Source of the DNA: Balanoglossus misakiensis
Taxonomy: Eukaryota; Animalia; Hemichordata
Assembly: GCA_040954595.2 (NCBI GenBank)
Contig: CM082576.2
Span: forward strand, 16,477,028-16,541,027
Length of the DNA stretch: 64,000 bases
Direction of reading: 5' to 3'
Part shown: one piece after another, positions 37,216-51,045 of the stretch
Position numbering within the stretch: position 1 is the stretch's first letter
How the letters are laid out: every line of letters starts with the position of its first letter
Made by a program: the position numbers and the translations under genes
Notes under the pieces: model-generated
Told to the model about the DNA's origin: nothing
The model's input: the letters and a program-made list of their open reading frames with translations, nothing else
Database searches by the model: none

Positions 37216-40009
37216 TAGTCCATGGGCCAGAGACCGAAACCCTCCCCCCCCCCCCTGGGGAGTTTTGCAGACATATATTTTTGGAAAGCCTATTTATCCA
37301 GCTGTCAGAATCAGGTTGTTTGCACTCATATTAATGGTGGGTGTGGCCGTGAGGAGCGGTTGTCATGGTAACGATAGCATAATTTTAGGGGTACTCATAC
37401 AGTTAAAAAATGATATATTTCAGGATCTGAGAAAGCTAGAGAAAAAATTTAAACATTGGGTCTTATAAAGTAGGGGACGGGCTATCCAATGATTACCTGA
37501 CCGACAAGGTCAGAGGTCAAGTTCATCTTCAAAACACGGGGTCAAAGTAAAAATTGCGCTATTTTTTGCATATCGATCATACATAGTTTCGATTTACTGG
37601 AAAACGGTTTGCTCGAGAAGGCTGTAAATTGGTCATCAGGTAGCATTGAACATTAGGTTTATGAAAAATAAGCTGATTCACGTCTTTGATATTAAGTTAT
37701 ATTAAAATTCTGTTACCATAACGACGGATAGCAGATTTTGCGAAAATCACAAAAGTTAGAATCCTGCCATATCTTTGCTACCAATTAAGCTTTAGATAAA
37801 ATTTAAACACTCAAACTTATAATGTCGGGTGCGATCTTTTCATTGCTAACTTGAACTTTGGGGTTCAAGGTCAAGGTCATCCTCAAATTTCAGGTCAAAG
37901 TGACAAAATGGACATTATGGATTTTTGTTCAAAATAACATTTTACGGCGAGCGTTTACTAAACACTGTTTGGGTCTAGAATGCTATAATTTGATCTCCAG
38001 ATAGAGATGTGTATTGTTTACAAAGATTTTAATTTGTTTTGCTGTTTACATATACTTAATATGCAAAACCTGCTGTTTTAATGACAACAAAATGAAGGGT
38101 AGGAATAGCAAGAGTACTCATACAGTTAAAATGAGATATTTTAGGTTCTGAGAAAGCTAGAGAAAAAATTTAAACATTCAGTAGTATAAAGTAGGGTAAG
38201 GGCTATCCAATTATTACATGACCGACAAGGTCAGAGGTCAAGTTCATCTTTAAAACTTGGGGTCAAAGTGAAAATTTCGCTATTTTTTGCATATCGGTCA
38301 TACATAGTTTTGACTTACTGGGAAACGGTTTGCTCGAGGAGGCTGTAAATTGATCATCAGGTAGCAAGGAATATTAGCTTTAAGAAAAATAGGCCTATTT
38401 TCGTCTTTGGTTGTAATTTATATTAAAATTCTGTAACCATAACGATGGATAGAAGATTTTGCGAAATTCCCCAAAATAAGAAAGTTGCTATATCTTTGCT
38501 ACCAATTAAACTTTAGATAAAATTTAAACACTCAAACTTATATTGTCGGATGCGGGCTTTTGATTGCTAAATTGAACTTTGGGGTTCAAGGTCAAGGTCA
38601 TCCTCAAATTTCGGGTCAAAGTGACAAAATGGACTTATGGACTTTGTTCAAAATGACATTTTACGGCGAGCGTTTACTACACTGTTGGGATCTAGAATGC
38701 TATAATTTTGTATATTTTGATATTAATATTCAAATAAGATGCCACTTTGATTTCTGGATATTATTATGTAAAAAAACGCGACCGTGACGTCAACTTGTCA
38801 TATCAACAGAAATCATCTTGATCCGAATGTGCTAAATATGATAAAACTTTGTACATATGTAAACTGAAATACCATAGAATGGCCACAATATAAGTTGAAT
38901 ATAGTATTTTTACAGTAAAAACATGCTGATAATGTATGTCCCTTTATAGCAATTGCAAATGCACGTTCGCATATTTCAAGAAATATACCAATTTTACTAA
39001 ATCTTGAATTCATCAGCTCGCCATGGGAATTGAAAATGTCATCAAGCATTTTCAAACTCTCAGAACTTAACTTTTAAAATGGTGTATGACACAAAATGTT
39101 GTATGGCCAAGTCAGAGGGTTCGTTTTTTTCTGGGGAGATCTGCAACACTAATTAGAGTTGGCATATTGAATTTTGACCCCATCTTTTGAAGGTGACCCT
39201 GAACTTTAAATTTAAAATATCAAAATATACAAAATTATAGTATTCTAGATCCCAACAGTGTAGTAAACGCTCGCCGTAAAATGTCATTTTGACCAAAGTC
39301 CATAATGCCCATTTTGTCACTTTGACCCGAAATTTGAGGATGACCTTGACCTTGAACCCCAAAGTTCAAGTTAGCAATGAAAAGATCGCACCCGATATTA
39401 TAAGTTTGAGTGTTTAAATTTTATCTAAAGCGTAATTGGTAGCAAAGATATAGCAGGATTCTTATTTTTGTGATTTTCGCAAAATCTGCTATCCGTCGTT
39501 ATGGTAACAGAATTTTGATATAACTTAATATCAAAGACGTGAATCAGCTTATTTTTCATAAACCTAATGTTCCATGCTACCTGATGACCAATTTACAGCC
39601 TTCTCGAGCAAACCGTTTTCCAGTAAATCGAAACTATGTATGATCGATATGCAAAAAATAGCGCAATTTTTACTTTGACCCCGCATTTTGAAGATGAACT
39701 TGACCTTCGACCTTGTCGGTCATGTAATCATTAGATAGTCCGTACCCTAGTTTATAAGACCCAATGTTTAAATTTTTTCTCTAGCTTTTTCAGATCCTGA
39801 AATATATCATTTTTTAACTGTATGAGTACCCCTAAAATTATGCTATCGTTACTATGACAACCGCTCCTCACGGCCACACCCACCATTAATATGAGTGCAA
39901 ACAACCTGATTCTGACAGCTGGATAAATAGGCTTTCCAAAAATATATGTCTGCAAAACTCCCCGGGGGGGGGGGGGGGGGGGGGGGTTCGGTCTCTGGCC
40001 CATGGACTA
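37216..40009. mobile_element. 2.8 kb non-autonomous DNA transposon with ~770 bp TIRs (Academ-like)
   Basis: TAGTCCATGGGCCAGAGACCGAA...TTCGGTCTCTGGCCCATGGACTA. Arms ~37216-37990 and ~39230-40009, ATA on both flanks, extra direct copy of the inner arm at ~38110-38720. No transposase ORF. Confidence 0.88.
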
Positions 40010-42780
40010 ATAGTTCCATTTGGGAATGACTCTGTGTTGTTTAGATGAATGTATGAATTTTCCACCACTTCCTTATTGGAATTGGCATGGTGAATTCAAA
40101 TTAAAATGCATTTGTTTTTCACCATTTGTCATTTTTACTATATTTTGCAAATGTAGTGAGTGCAGACGCAACCCCTGACATTTGAACTGCAGATAAAGAT
40201 ACATGTATATTGTATTTGAGTGTCTCCTACCCATGATTTTCATACTGAAATTAAGTTTTAATTTTGTAATCAAAATTTTTTCACATTTGTTTCTTGCAGG
40301 AGGAACTTTCCGTGAAATCTGACTATGGTGGGGAAAAGTTGAAGATTACAGAAATGGATATACATTACTAGTGTTACTACAGCTGATCATTAAGAGGGAA
40401 GTATTATTTTTTATTCATTCATACTTTGTATATATTCTTTTGCCTAAAATGCAGTGTACCGGTACGTTGCTGGATGATGTAGGATTACAAACACTAGTCT
40501 GCTGAAAAACATGGTAAGCATATTATTAATAATTCAGTTTGGGTGTTTTTCCATATGTTGTAATGCAAATTTATGATAAGGATGGTGAGTGTACTGTGTT
40601 GATCACACCATCAGTCACATTGAAATTTGAGCAATTATATGTCTTTAAAATCAATGAAAATTGAAATAAAAAGTTAATATGAGAACAGTCAATCTATGAA
40701 TGAAATGTGTATTGAGAACTGTATAATGCATAGATCCAATAGTAACTTCCATTGAACATCAGTGCATTGGGTTTTGTCATCATAAAGGTAAGATTGTAGT
40801 ATGATAAAGTTTCAAAATACATATTAAACAAGGATATCCCTTGTATAAATGATTAGTAAAATATGAAACTTGATGATAATGATTAGGTAATAATAATGTG
40901 CACATTAATGATGATGATGATGATGATGATGACCAGGACGACGATATAACTGAAATAAATAATAATAATAATAATAATCATGATAAAACAAAAAAAAATA
41001 CAGTAATGATGATGATGATGATGATGATGATAGTACTTTATAGCTGTGTAAGAAAGACACCATAATAGTTTCTGAATAGTGTACGGTATTGTAATCATGG
41101 TATTGTCCGATTTAGGTGGATCTTTGGGTTACTTCGAGATGAAAAGGCTGGAGAATGAATATGTTTCAAATGGTATTCCGTATAGTTGGTGATTATTTGA
41201 TTCTTAATGGTCTTTATTTAATCCAGATTAATTGCAGTAATATTGTATCTGTTAGACTTGGCATTGTGGTTGGTGGTATAAAGTAACAGAATAATAATGT
41301 TAGTGAAGGTTTAATTTAACCATAAATATAACACAGAGATGTATTTTCATCTAAACAGTCAGTCACATTCATCTTGAATACCCATCAGAATTGGTAGCCT
41401 AAACATTATGCATAGTTGATATTGCATACTTTGTGATTCTGTGTACAGAGTTTTGTGAGACAGATGATTCTGTATACAAATTAGAGTAAGATGACCCTAG
41501 TACATAGAGCTGTTGGTGAAAACATTTATGACTGGTGTATTAAAAACATCATTGATATGACTGTTATTGTTAATTAAATAAAGTTTTCTTTTTTTCTAGG
41601 AATGTGTGTCTTATGACTCCCAGTTCATTTTAATGTTGCGTGATATGTGCATACATATCCTGTACTTGTGCTACTTTTTTACACTCTAATGCAATAACAC
41701 TGCAGTTAGATTGACTTTGGTATTTAACGTGTTTTTGTATAATATTCCATTTCAGCATCTAAGTAATAACCATATTTAAATCAGAATACATGCATTTCTT
41801 TTTACTTAAATTTGATTACAGGTGATGTGCTTGATTGGTGATGCTTCATTATGGCATCATAACAAAAGATGTCATTTACACATGCACTTACTGTAATGTG
41901 TATAGTACTAGTTGTGTTGCTGAGATAATTGTCTTAAAACCCATGTATGTAATGCAATGACTCTGCAGTTATATAGACTGTGGAATAAATGTGTTTTTGT
42001 ATAATATTCCATGTGGGTGTCCCCATTCTGACCTGGCCAGTCAGATTTGGGGATGTTATTACATACCTTGCACTCACAAACATGACATACTACATACCTT
42101 GCACTCACAAACATGATGTAACCACTCACACAGAGTGGTGATAAGTAAAAGTTTCTGATTTATCAAACTTGTATATTTTTGATCACATTTGTATTGGATG
42201 CATGATTTCATTCCAGATTATTAACTAAACATTGCATAATATAATGATTTATATTTCAGATGTTTACCCATGTATTTTATTGTGTTTAATACCATCCAGT
42301 CAATTTCACCAACAGCTCTTTGTCTCTCTCTCTCCCCCCCCCCCCCTTTCATCAATTAAGTGAGCACTCATTTGTATTGGAAAGCAATTTACATAGCTCT
42401 TCTGTTTTCAGAATTGCAGTAATTTAGTAAAATCAGCATTCAGAATTACTGGTGTATAATATCAGCTATGCATAATAATAATAATTACCATTTGAAAGTT
42501 TAATTTTAGTAATTACAATATTCTTAGACTTACAAATTTATGTACTGATAATAATAAACTTATAATATTTAATTAAGAGTATAATGCAGCTAGTTTAGTA
42601 AATGAGAGACTGGACTTTGTAGAATGTCATTGGATAAAAGGTTCTGATTTTCATGGGTCATTTAATATTTTGATTTTATTCCTTTAATGTGATTGTGGTG
42701 GCAGTTTTGATGTTAATTGTTTATTCTAGTTGTTTCTATGGTGATGAGGTTGATGGTTTTTACTGATTTTGATGGCGGTC

Positions 42781-42802
42781 ATGATGATGATGATGTTGAT
42801 GT

Positions 42803-42833
<31 letters not shown>

Positions 42834-42880
42834 AAAAATACGTTGGTAATAATGACAGTGATGATGATGATGATGATGAT
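42781..42880. repeat. (GAT)n microsatellite
   Basis: Direct reading. Similar tracts at ~40908-40931 and ~41007-41030. Confidence 0.9.
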
Positions 42881-44388
42881 TAAAGTTTAAACAATAATAA
42901 ACTTATTCTGCAGTTTGAATTGATAATTGTCGAGCAGCCTCAGCTAAAAAGCAAAATTTAATAATTATGTACGATGATATTAAGGGATAACTGCTGAAAA
43001 GCCCATTAATAGTTTTTACAGTTTTGAGGAGTGTGTAGTTTTCTTGAATTCGTAAATTGAGAGATGATTTTCTAGTGGGAACTAAAACTTGTAAGGGGTA
43101 TAATATAGCAATTAAATAATACGTAGAAAGGGGGTAACTGCATATTAATTTGTTGATAATTTGTTGAATTTCTCGTCCCCATGGGACAACTTTATTAATG
43201 GTGATTTGTTAACTGGGTACTGGTCCATGCTTCTCCCATGGAAGTAGAGATAGTTTCATGTTTTGTGTGTCTATTTGGTAATTAAGTAAGTTTAAACCCA
43301 CCCAGTCTATGATTATGAATTAACATTTATTATTTATTATTTGTTACAGATGCAGAGGTTTGTTAGCCACCAAGTTGCAGTCCAGAGCAGTCAGTTATAA
43401 TTGTCTATTTACACAGTTTTTCTCATTAGTTTCAGATTTCCATGATGCAATACATCCTCCTGTCCAGACGCCAAAATGGTAACCAGGTAACATGACTCCT
43501 GTGGTGTGAGTATGCAAATTAAATGTGTATGAGCAGCCATTGAAGTACATAATATTCATAAACCACAATAAAGATCTGAATGACAATGTCACAAGTTTTG
43601 TCCATACGGGTACTTTCAAGAACAATAGTATGGTGTCTTATATTGTTCATGAAGCCTGGAGCTCATCTGTCTATGGATACATTTTATTGTCGTTTTGTTT
43701 GATGCAAAAGTACTTATTGACGTATTTTTCATCTTTGCAGTTTTCTCTCTGATGATTGAACATCTGCCAACCCAGTTCTGTGCATTAATTACTGTAAACC
43801 AGCCAAGCAGATTTCAAAAGGTAACAATTCAAGCTGCAAACATCATTAGTGTGGTGTATGGTACAATTATTCCAAAGTGACGACCACAATTGCATTAAAC
43901 TTGGTTCTGTGACATATATGTGCACCCATAGAGTTCAAGCTCTCAACATTATTGTTAATTCTGTTTAGCAAGCTTTATTGTAGGAGTACAGACTAGACTA
44001 GCTGCTAGACTCTATATTTACCCACCACGAGAGAAAAGTCTGCTTTACAATATGTACCCTTTTATATTTGGGTAAATAAACATTATTATTATATTTTATT
44101 GTGCAGTTTGGTCCGCTCCTGGTCCTGTCCTGGTTGGGTGGTTAAATAATATGCTTCTAGACACAGCTTCTAGACATCAACAACACTTTATTCAGCCATG
44201 TCATCAGCTACAAGCATCGTGGGACCCTGAACAATGACCTGAGAGCGTACCACTCGACCACAGGTAAGTATTCAGATAACACCTCCCCTTTTTAGGTCCC
44301 AGTTGGTATATATATGTAATATATACCAATGTGACCTGAAGGGATCATTTGCATCTGTCTATGTATGTCTCTATCTGTCGATCTGTCT

Positions 44389-44533
44389 GTATGCATGCAT
44401 GCATGTATGCGTGTATGTATGTATGTATGTATGTATGTATGTATGTATGTATGTATGTATGTGCATGTATGTATGTATGTATGTATGTATGTATGTATGT
44501 GTATGTATGTATGTATGTATGTGCATGTATGTG

Positions 44534-44563
<30 letters not shown>
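44389..44563. repeat. (TATG)n microsatellite
   Basis: Direct reading. It produces the MYVC/HTYI pseudo-ORFs. Confidence 0.97.
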
Positions 44564-44564
<1 letters not shown>

Positions 44565-44679
44565 TCAAATAAATCTGCCATTTCTCTGATATGAACGGCC
44601 ATGGACTGACTTTGGCAACCTATAATCTTAATTGCCATGGAGCTCTTGGTTGTACTGGTTGTAGTCTAATGGAATCACC

Positions 44680-46140
44680 TATCTCCAAAGCTGGTATGGG
44701 TTGGCATGCCTGTTGGAAGTTTCTTTAGCCCTCTGTTTCGTGCTTCTGATATTTTCTGACACATGGTCCATGACATGAGGCTTCAGAAGTGACTGTGATG
44801 TTGGCATAGTGGTCCTTATTCTGCTGGACATCGATGAGACACGCGGTTTCACTTCATGTGTGATTTCCCCCGTTAATATTTCCTGGACAAAAAAGAAAAT
44901 CGCTTGCTCTTCGCAAACAAGCATCAGATCCAAGGTGGCTTATTAGTGTGTGCTCTTGTGATCATCTGTTGACTATAGACATTGGTATGATCACTTTTAT
45001 TCCTTTGAACATAACTCCATCAGTTAATTCGTCTGTGAAGTTCCAGAAGTTCCTGGATGCTAATCAGAACACTCTTCCCATGAGTGTGACAAGCCTGTCA
45101 TCATTGTGCACAGGGGCTTTGCAATGAGCTTGTGCAAAGTACATTTGACTTGGTGGTGTGTGCCTTCTGATAGACGCATGGAGTCAAGTGGATTTTCCTC
45201 TCCTCAGTCATCTAGAAAGTTTGGTAATCTGGACTGCACTTCTCTCTGCGATTGTAATTGCCTTGAACCTGGCAGGCATCTGATATTGCAAGTTACATTT
45301 CCATGTTGTTTTTAAAAGATCGAATCTGTAGCATACATAAACAATAGCCAAACATTCTTTTGCGATCTCAGTATATCTGCGTTCAGTTGGTGACAGTGGC
45401 CTTGATGCAAATGCCACTGGCTGTCTATCCTGAAGTAGTGTGGCTCCTAATCCAAATTCTGACGCATCACACTGTATGGTCACGTCACTGTGAACATCAC
45501 AGTACTTCAAGGTATACGGTCAGCTATTGAAAAGTAGCTATAGTTACCATGGCAGATTGAGATCTAGCCAATCACTGATTTTCAGTGGGTGGCACACGCG
45601 AAAAAAAGAGTGCCACCATCTGTTCTTTAGAACGCCCAAATACGCCATTTCAGCCATATATGGGCGTATAAAAATTGGAGGTGACTGTATACCTTTAAAT
45701 ACCGGTGCTGTCCTGATCAGCCGCTGTATGGTAGCTATAACCTCTGCCTGTTGACTCTCCAATATGAATTCAACTTTCTTCTCAATGACTTTGCATAGTG
45801 GTTCACGTACCTCTGATAGCTTTAGCATAAATGGCGAGAGGTATAAAATTGAAAGATTTGAAAAAGTGCTGTATTCCCTTTTTGTCTCTATGTTGTGGCA
45901 TATTGACAATTGCTGACACCTGAGCAAGATCTGTCTGATATCCATCTCCAGTGAGTAGTTGACCCATGGAAGGGAAGTATTCCTTTTGTCTTAGCGTCAA
46001 CTTGTCTTTTTGTTGAGTTTGAGGTTGTATCAAGTTCTTGTCATGGTCTATCAGTGCTTCATCCATTAGTGTCACTGCGGTCCATAAACACTGAATGTCA
46101 TCTTCTATTTCTTTGACTTCAGTGAGTCCTGACAATACTT
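44680..46140 (-). mobile_element. Degenerate Ty3/Gypsy pol remnant (RT, RNase H)
   Basis: VTIQCDASEFGLGATLLQDRQPVAFASRPLSPTERRY.EI.KECLAIV RNase H motif. Upstream fragments resemble RT (DDI..., MGQLLT, VSAIVNMP, LSEV.EPL). Many frameshifts; no LTRs recognised. Confidence 0.85.
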
Positions 46141-46304
46141 CATTTTGATGATGTTAAGTTGGTACTCTTCCATAGCACTTAATGTCTGCGTATATTGTGT
46201 ACAAAAATTCTGCTAATCACAAGTCGTTGCTGTCTGTTTTAATCTCCCCAGACTTCTGTCACCTCTTCTGATATTATGGTTGGTGGGTTAATTAAAGAAT
46301 AATG

Positions 46305-47170
46305 CATTGCACACAACTTCTAGATGGAACAGTTACAACTACCATGTCACCAGCAACAATCATCGCACACAGATTCTAAATGGAACATTGCACACAACTT
46401 CTAGATGGAACAGTTACAACAATCATGTCTGCACCAGCAACAATCATCGCACACAGATTCTAGATGGAACATTGCATACAGCTTCTAGATGGAACAGTTA
46501 CAACAATCATGTCTGCACCAGCAACAATCACCGCACACAGATTCTAAATGGAACATTGCATACAGCTTCTAGATGGAACAGTTACAACAATCATGTCTGC
46601 ACCAGCAACAATCACCGCACACAGATTCTAAATGGAACATTGCACACAACTTCTAGATGGAACAGTTACAACTACCATGTCACCAGCAACAAGCATCGTA
46701 CACAGATTCTAGATGGAACATTGCACACAACTTCTAGATGGAACAGTTACAACAATCATGTCTGCACCAGCAACAATCATCGCACACAGATTCTAGATGG
46801 AACATTGCATACAGCTTCTAGATGGAACAGTTACAACAATCATGTCTGCACCCGCAACAATCATCGCACACAGATTCTAAATGGAACATTGTATCAAGCT
46901 CCTAGATGGAACAGTAACAACTACCATGTCACCAGCAACAAGCATTGTACACAGCTTCTAGATGGAACAGTTACAACAACTATGTCATCAGCTACAAGCA
47001 TCGTACACTGCAGCTTCTAGATGGAACAGTAACATCAACCATGTCATCAGCTACAATCATCGCACACGGATTCTAGATGGAACATTGCATACAGCTTCTA
47101 GATGGAACAGTTACAACAACCATGTCACCAGCAACAATCAGCGCACACAGCTTCTAGATGGAACAGTAAC
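46305..47170 (+). repeat. Minisatellite, 81/84 bp unit, about 10 copies
   Basis: Unit ATTGCAYACARCTTCTAGATGGAACAGTTACAACAATCATGTC(TGC)ACCAGCAACAATCAYCGCACACAGATTCTARATGGAAC. Confidence 0.95.
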
Positions 47171-47356
47171 AAGAACACTTTATCATGGGACGTTGAACTA
47201 TGACCTGAGGCTGTACCACTACATTCAAGTAAGTATCCTGATAACCCTGTGTGGTCATCAGGCAACCATCTTTTTCACACAAAAAATTCAAGTACAGCGC
47301 CATATGTCAGATATGCTTGAACCGAATCTATTCTGACTTCATACAACCATGATGTA

Positions 47357-48213
47357 CAATAAACCGTTGATTATCCGAACGTCGATTATCCGCATTGTTT
47401 GGCTATCCGAACTCACTCTGTGTCCCCCACAAAGTTTACCTGTAGACGTATACCTTGCTTAATCATCGTTTGAAATTCACGGCCCTGGCTGTCAAAGGAT
47501 GGCATTATAGTACAGCACTTTCCTCTTTAATAAAGTTAATTCTTTAAACAACCTTACCTCCCATTTGCCTTTTGTTTTAATTCTTAAATTGTTAATGTTT
47601 TGTATCCTCGGGTATGAATCATTTGGATCCATTTTCGCAAGAGGTGTGAAAATAAACAGCTCGACAATGGCACGGTTCGTTCAGCTGCATACGCTATGTC
47701 AGCCTAACAGCCTTGCTAAAAGGGTGCGACCGGTGGTCGGCTACTTCTTTAAATGTTTGCAGCATTTTGCGGCATTTCGTCAAAACTTGAAAGTGTTAAC
47801 TGGATAGGTAGAAGTGGGTTTCGGGAAATGACACCATTCGTAATTCCAGTATTGATCTGGTAACATCGGCGAACCAGCATCGCTCTGCTTCCGCCATTAC
47901 AGTCTATGTCATCATGGCTGCGACATCAGTGTAACGCAAGCGCCATGTGCTTGACCTCAACACCATCTTTTATTTTTTCAATTATCACATAACTTTGCTT
48001 TGTAAAGTATTCAAAATGCTTCAAATTTTATTTTAGGAAAATGATGTGTCTTGTCTACTATGGTACAGGTTCATGTACCTATGCATGTATATGTGAGATA
48101 TGACCTGAATGTGACCCCCCCCCCCCCAAGATTGCATATCCGAAGTGATCGCATATCCGAACCAAAAGCCTGTGAGTGTCCCCCTAGCTGTTCGGATAAT
48201 CCACGGTTTACTG
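47357..48213. mobile_element. Tc1/mariner-pogo type MITE
   Basis: TA-CAATAAACCGTTGATTATCCGAAC ... GTTCGGATAATCCACGGTTTACTG-TA: 24 bp TIRs with TA on both flanks. Confidence 0.85.
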
Positions 48214-49686
48214 TACTCTGATATACGTGCATGTCAATTTTTGTCTCCACGTGATCGAATATTGGGATCCAACCATGTTGGCCATTGATCTGATTTTTCA
48301 TGTCAGGAACCATAATTCAGACCCCGCCTGTTATAATGCCATCCAATTAAAATAATACAGTGGGGACTATATGATTGATAGCTTTTCTTCAGACTTGTTG
48401 AAATATACTATCTTATGACATGTCTGGCAGTGAAGGGGCACCAACCGCCATATTAAATAAAGATCAAGAAATTACCTGATTGGATGTTGTCACTTCCTGG
48501 GCCCCTTTTTTATTCCCTGTTCAATGTTTGACATGAGCACATTTTTGTTTCTGTGTGGAAGTTAATGTCTCTTTGTTACTTTAATAAATCAATACAAGGT
48601 AAGTGTAATGTCCTCTATCTGTTAATTATAGGGAAGAAGAGGATACATGTATGAATCAAAAGCCGGTGCATTGGATGCTGTGTGTTACTGACTTAAACCA
48701 ACTGTGTTTGATTTCATCGTCATTTCAAGGACAGAACTTCCACCATGAGTTGATATTGAACATTGAACGATCCTTACCTGAGTTATATGATCCATATTAC
48801 AAATGTAATATTCTTGTAGCATTCTTTAGTGATTGTGTTCTGGAGAGAGAGGGAGCAGGTTAAAATTCAATTGCAATGTGTACATTTCAAGTATGCCAAC
48901 ACTACTTCAAGTTTGACATTGAAATAGAATATTTTCTATGGAATCCAATTTTATTGCTTTGTTGCAGTCCTAAAATCCCGTCCTATTTTTGTATTGCAGT
49001 CCTAAAATCCAAACCTCTTTCTTTATTGCAGTCCTAAATTATCATTACAATTTGTTCAGCATAACCTGAAGGTTGTTGGGACCTATAGTCACAATAAGCA
49101 TTGCGCGTAACAAGCACTGTGTGTAAATTAAGACTAATTGCACTGGATACAGCAACCTTCAGGTGTTTACCATTTAGCCTATAAATACAACGCATAATTG
49201 CACCCAGGTAAACTTTCAATAAGCTGAATGGTAAACAAATAAAAAGAAATGACAGCATTATTTTGGTATTCATTATTTATTTCTTTGTGAATTTGGTGCA
49301 TCCCTTTTAAAGCAGGGGCTCATTAAATCAAAACATTAGGAGCTGCAAAAGACTCATGAAAAATTGAATTACTGAATAAATAACTTGAACAAAAATTGCA
49401 CAAAAATTTTGGCTTAAATTTTGTGTGAAACAGTTGTGTTTAAAGAGCAAACATGACAATTAAAAGTACACACCATTGCACATTGGTTTGACTTGCTCTC
49501 TCTATAAACTTCAATTATCTTTTTTTTTTCATTATTGTATATGGGCATGATTTTCTAGTATTGTACATTTTTAAAGTTTGATTCATTAATGTAGAAGAAT
49601 TAGAGGTTTAATAGCAATATGATACAAAAATTGGCACTCACAGTCATAGGAGCTTTCATAGCCAAAGGTGATTCATAGGTGATGGC

Positions 49687-50905
49687 TTATTATTAGAGGC
49701 CCAAGCCCCATAAGGGTAGAGCCACTATTGGTATTGCCTGTTTTTTTTCTTGTACTACTTCTTCTTGTCTATTTTTTTTATAAACCTAGAACTTTAACCT
49801 GAATCAACAAATCTTAAACCTGGCACAATGATGCTGGCCCATGAAATCTTGTGCAAAACACTCATGAATTTTTAATAAGTCACGTGACCTAGTGGCCATC
49901 TTGGATTGAAAGTTCAATTGGACCTCTTTTGCAAAAAATGAACAAAATCCTGTTAACTTGCCTAGTACACCATTATGGCCAGTATCCTACATACAAATGT
50001 CTAGGTCCTAGGCTATGGGGATTGTGAGAATTTTTCCATGACCTTTGACCCAGCCATAGGCCTATATCTTTACAGTTAAGCTATGGGGACATCTTATTCT
50101 GGTATTCTGGTCTACCGGTATACAGTGGTTCTGGGCAGCTAGTGTCTGTTGACCAGTGAGCAGCATGGGACCATAATAAAAGCCAAATTTTGGGGTTACA
50201 CCCTGACCTTTGACCCTCATTGGTTAAGGGCATGTCTAATTCTAGGATAGCCAATAGAGCCGTGGGTCATTACCTTTGACCCTAATATCACCTACAAGCT
50301 TCATATGTGGTGGGATTGAAGCAAACATGTTTACAAGTTATCCCCTGACCTTTGACCTTATGCATTATGTGCATATGTAATTCTTGGCTAACAAACGGCT
50401 GGCGGTACAGGTTTTTGTTAACATGTACTAGTATGGTACTATAAATTGATGGTTAATTTCAGGACCCCCTTGACCTTATTAAATATGTGCATATCTAATT
50501 CTTAACTTATTTTGGCATCAAAATTTTGTTGACATTGGCTTGAACCTAGATTGTCTTGTATTTGGTTCATATGCTTGGGCCCCTTCAAGGGTGCTTGCAG
50601 CTTTAATTTTATTGTTTGTTTGTTATTAGGGGCCAAAGCCGTGGGCTTTCATAGGCTTTTGTCGTCTTTCCACTTCTTTTTTCAATTCTTTGATGGCTGG
50701 ATCTCTAAAACAAGTGCAAGTACACTTCTCAAACTTGCCAGAGTGGTCGAGGTCAATGAGTAATTGTCCATTGAACCTTGAATTTTTAATTAGTCACATG
50801 ACCTGACGGCTAAATTTCAGAACCCCCTTGACCCTATGTTGACCTAATTAATTAGAAGCATACCTAATAATAGGCCCCATCAATCCTGCTTGCAGGTATA
50901 ATTTC
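49687..50905 (+). mobile_element. Two adjacent Helentron-like non-autonomous elements
   Basis: Subterminal inverted repeat GGCCCAAGC (~49698) / GCTTGGGCC (~50573), 3' short palindrome CCTGCTTGCAGG (~50886; degenerate at ~50592), T-rich ends, internal TGACCTTTGACC repeats. Superfamily inferred from architecture. Confidence 0.5.
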
Positions 50906-50942
50906 TTTATTTATTTGTTTATATTGTCTTGTGTTTATTTCT

Positions 50943-51045
50943 TCATCCATCCATCCATCCATCCATCAATTCATTCATTCATTCATTCATTTATTCATTC
51001 ATTTATTATTTGTTTGTTTATCCATCCATCCATCCATTCATTTAT
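50943..51045. repeat. (CATC)n/(CATT)n microsatellite
   Basis: Direct reading. Confidence 0.9.

Noticed and set aside
37265-40003. Duplicated ORFs QTYIFGKPIYPAVRIRL as a gene pair
   Set aside because: They are the two TIR arms of one non-coding element.
44303-44638. MYVC/HTYI-repeat ORFs
   Set aside because: Artefacts of the (TATG)n microsatellite. The same applies to 19051-19329, 40883-41098 and 50915-51293.
46305-47170. CRISPR-like array
   Set aside because: Whole units repeat with no unique spacers, there are no cas genes, and the context is eukaryotic.
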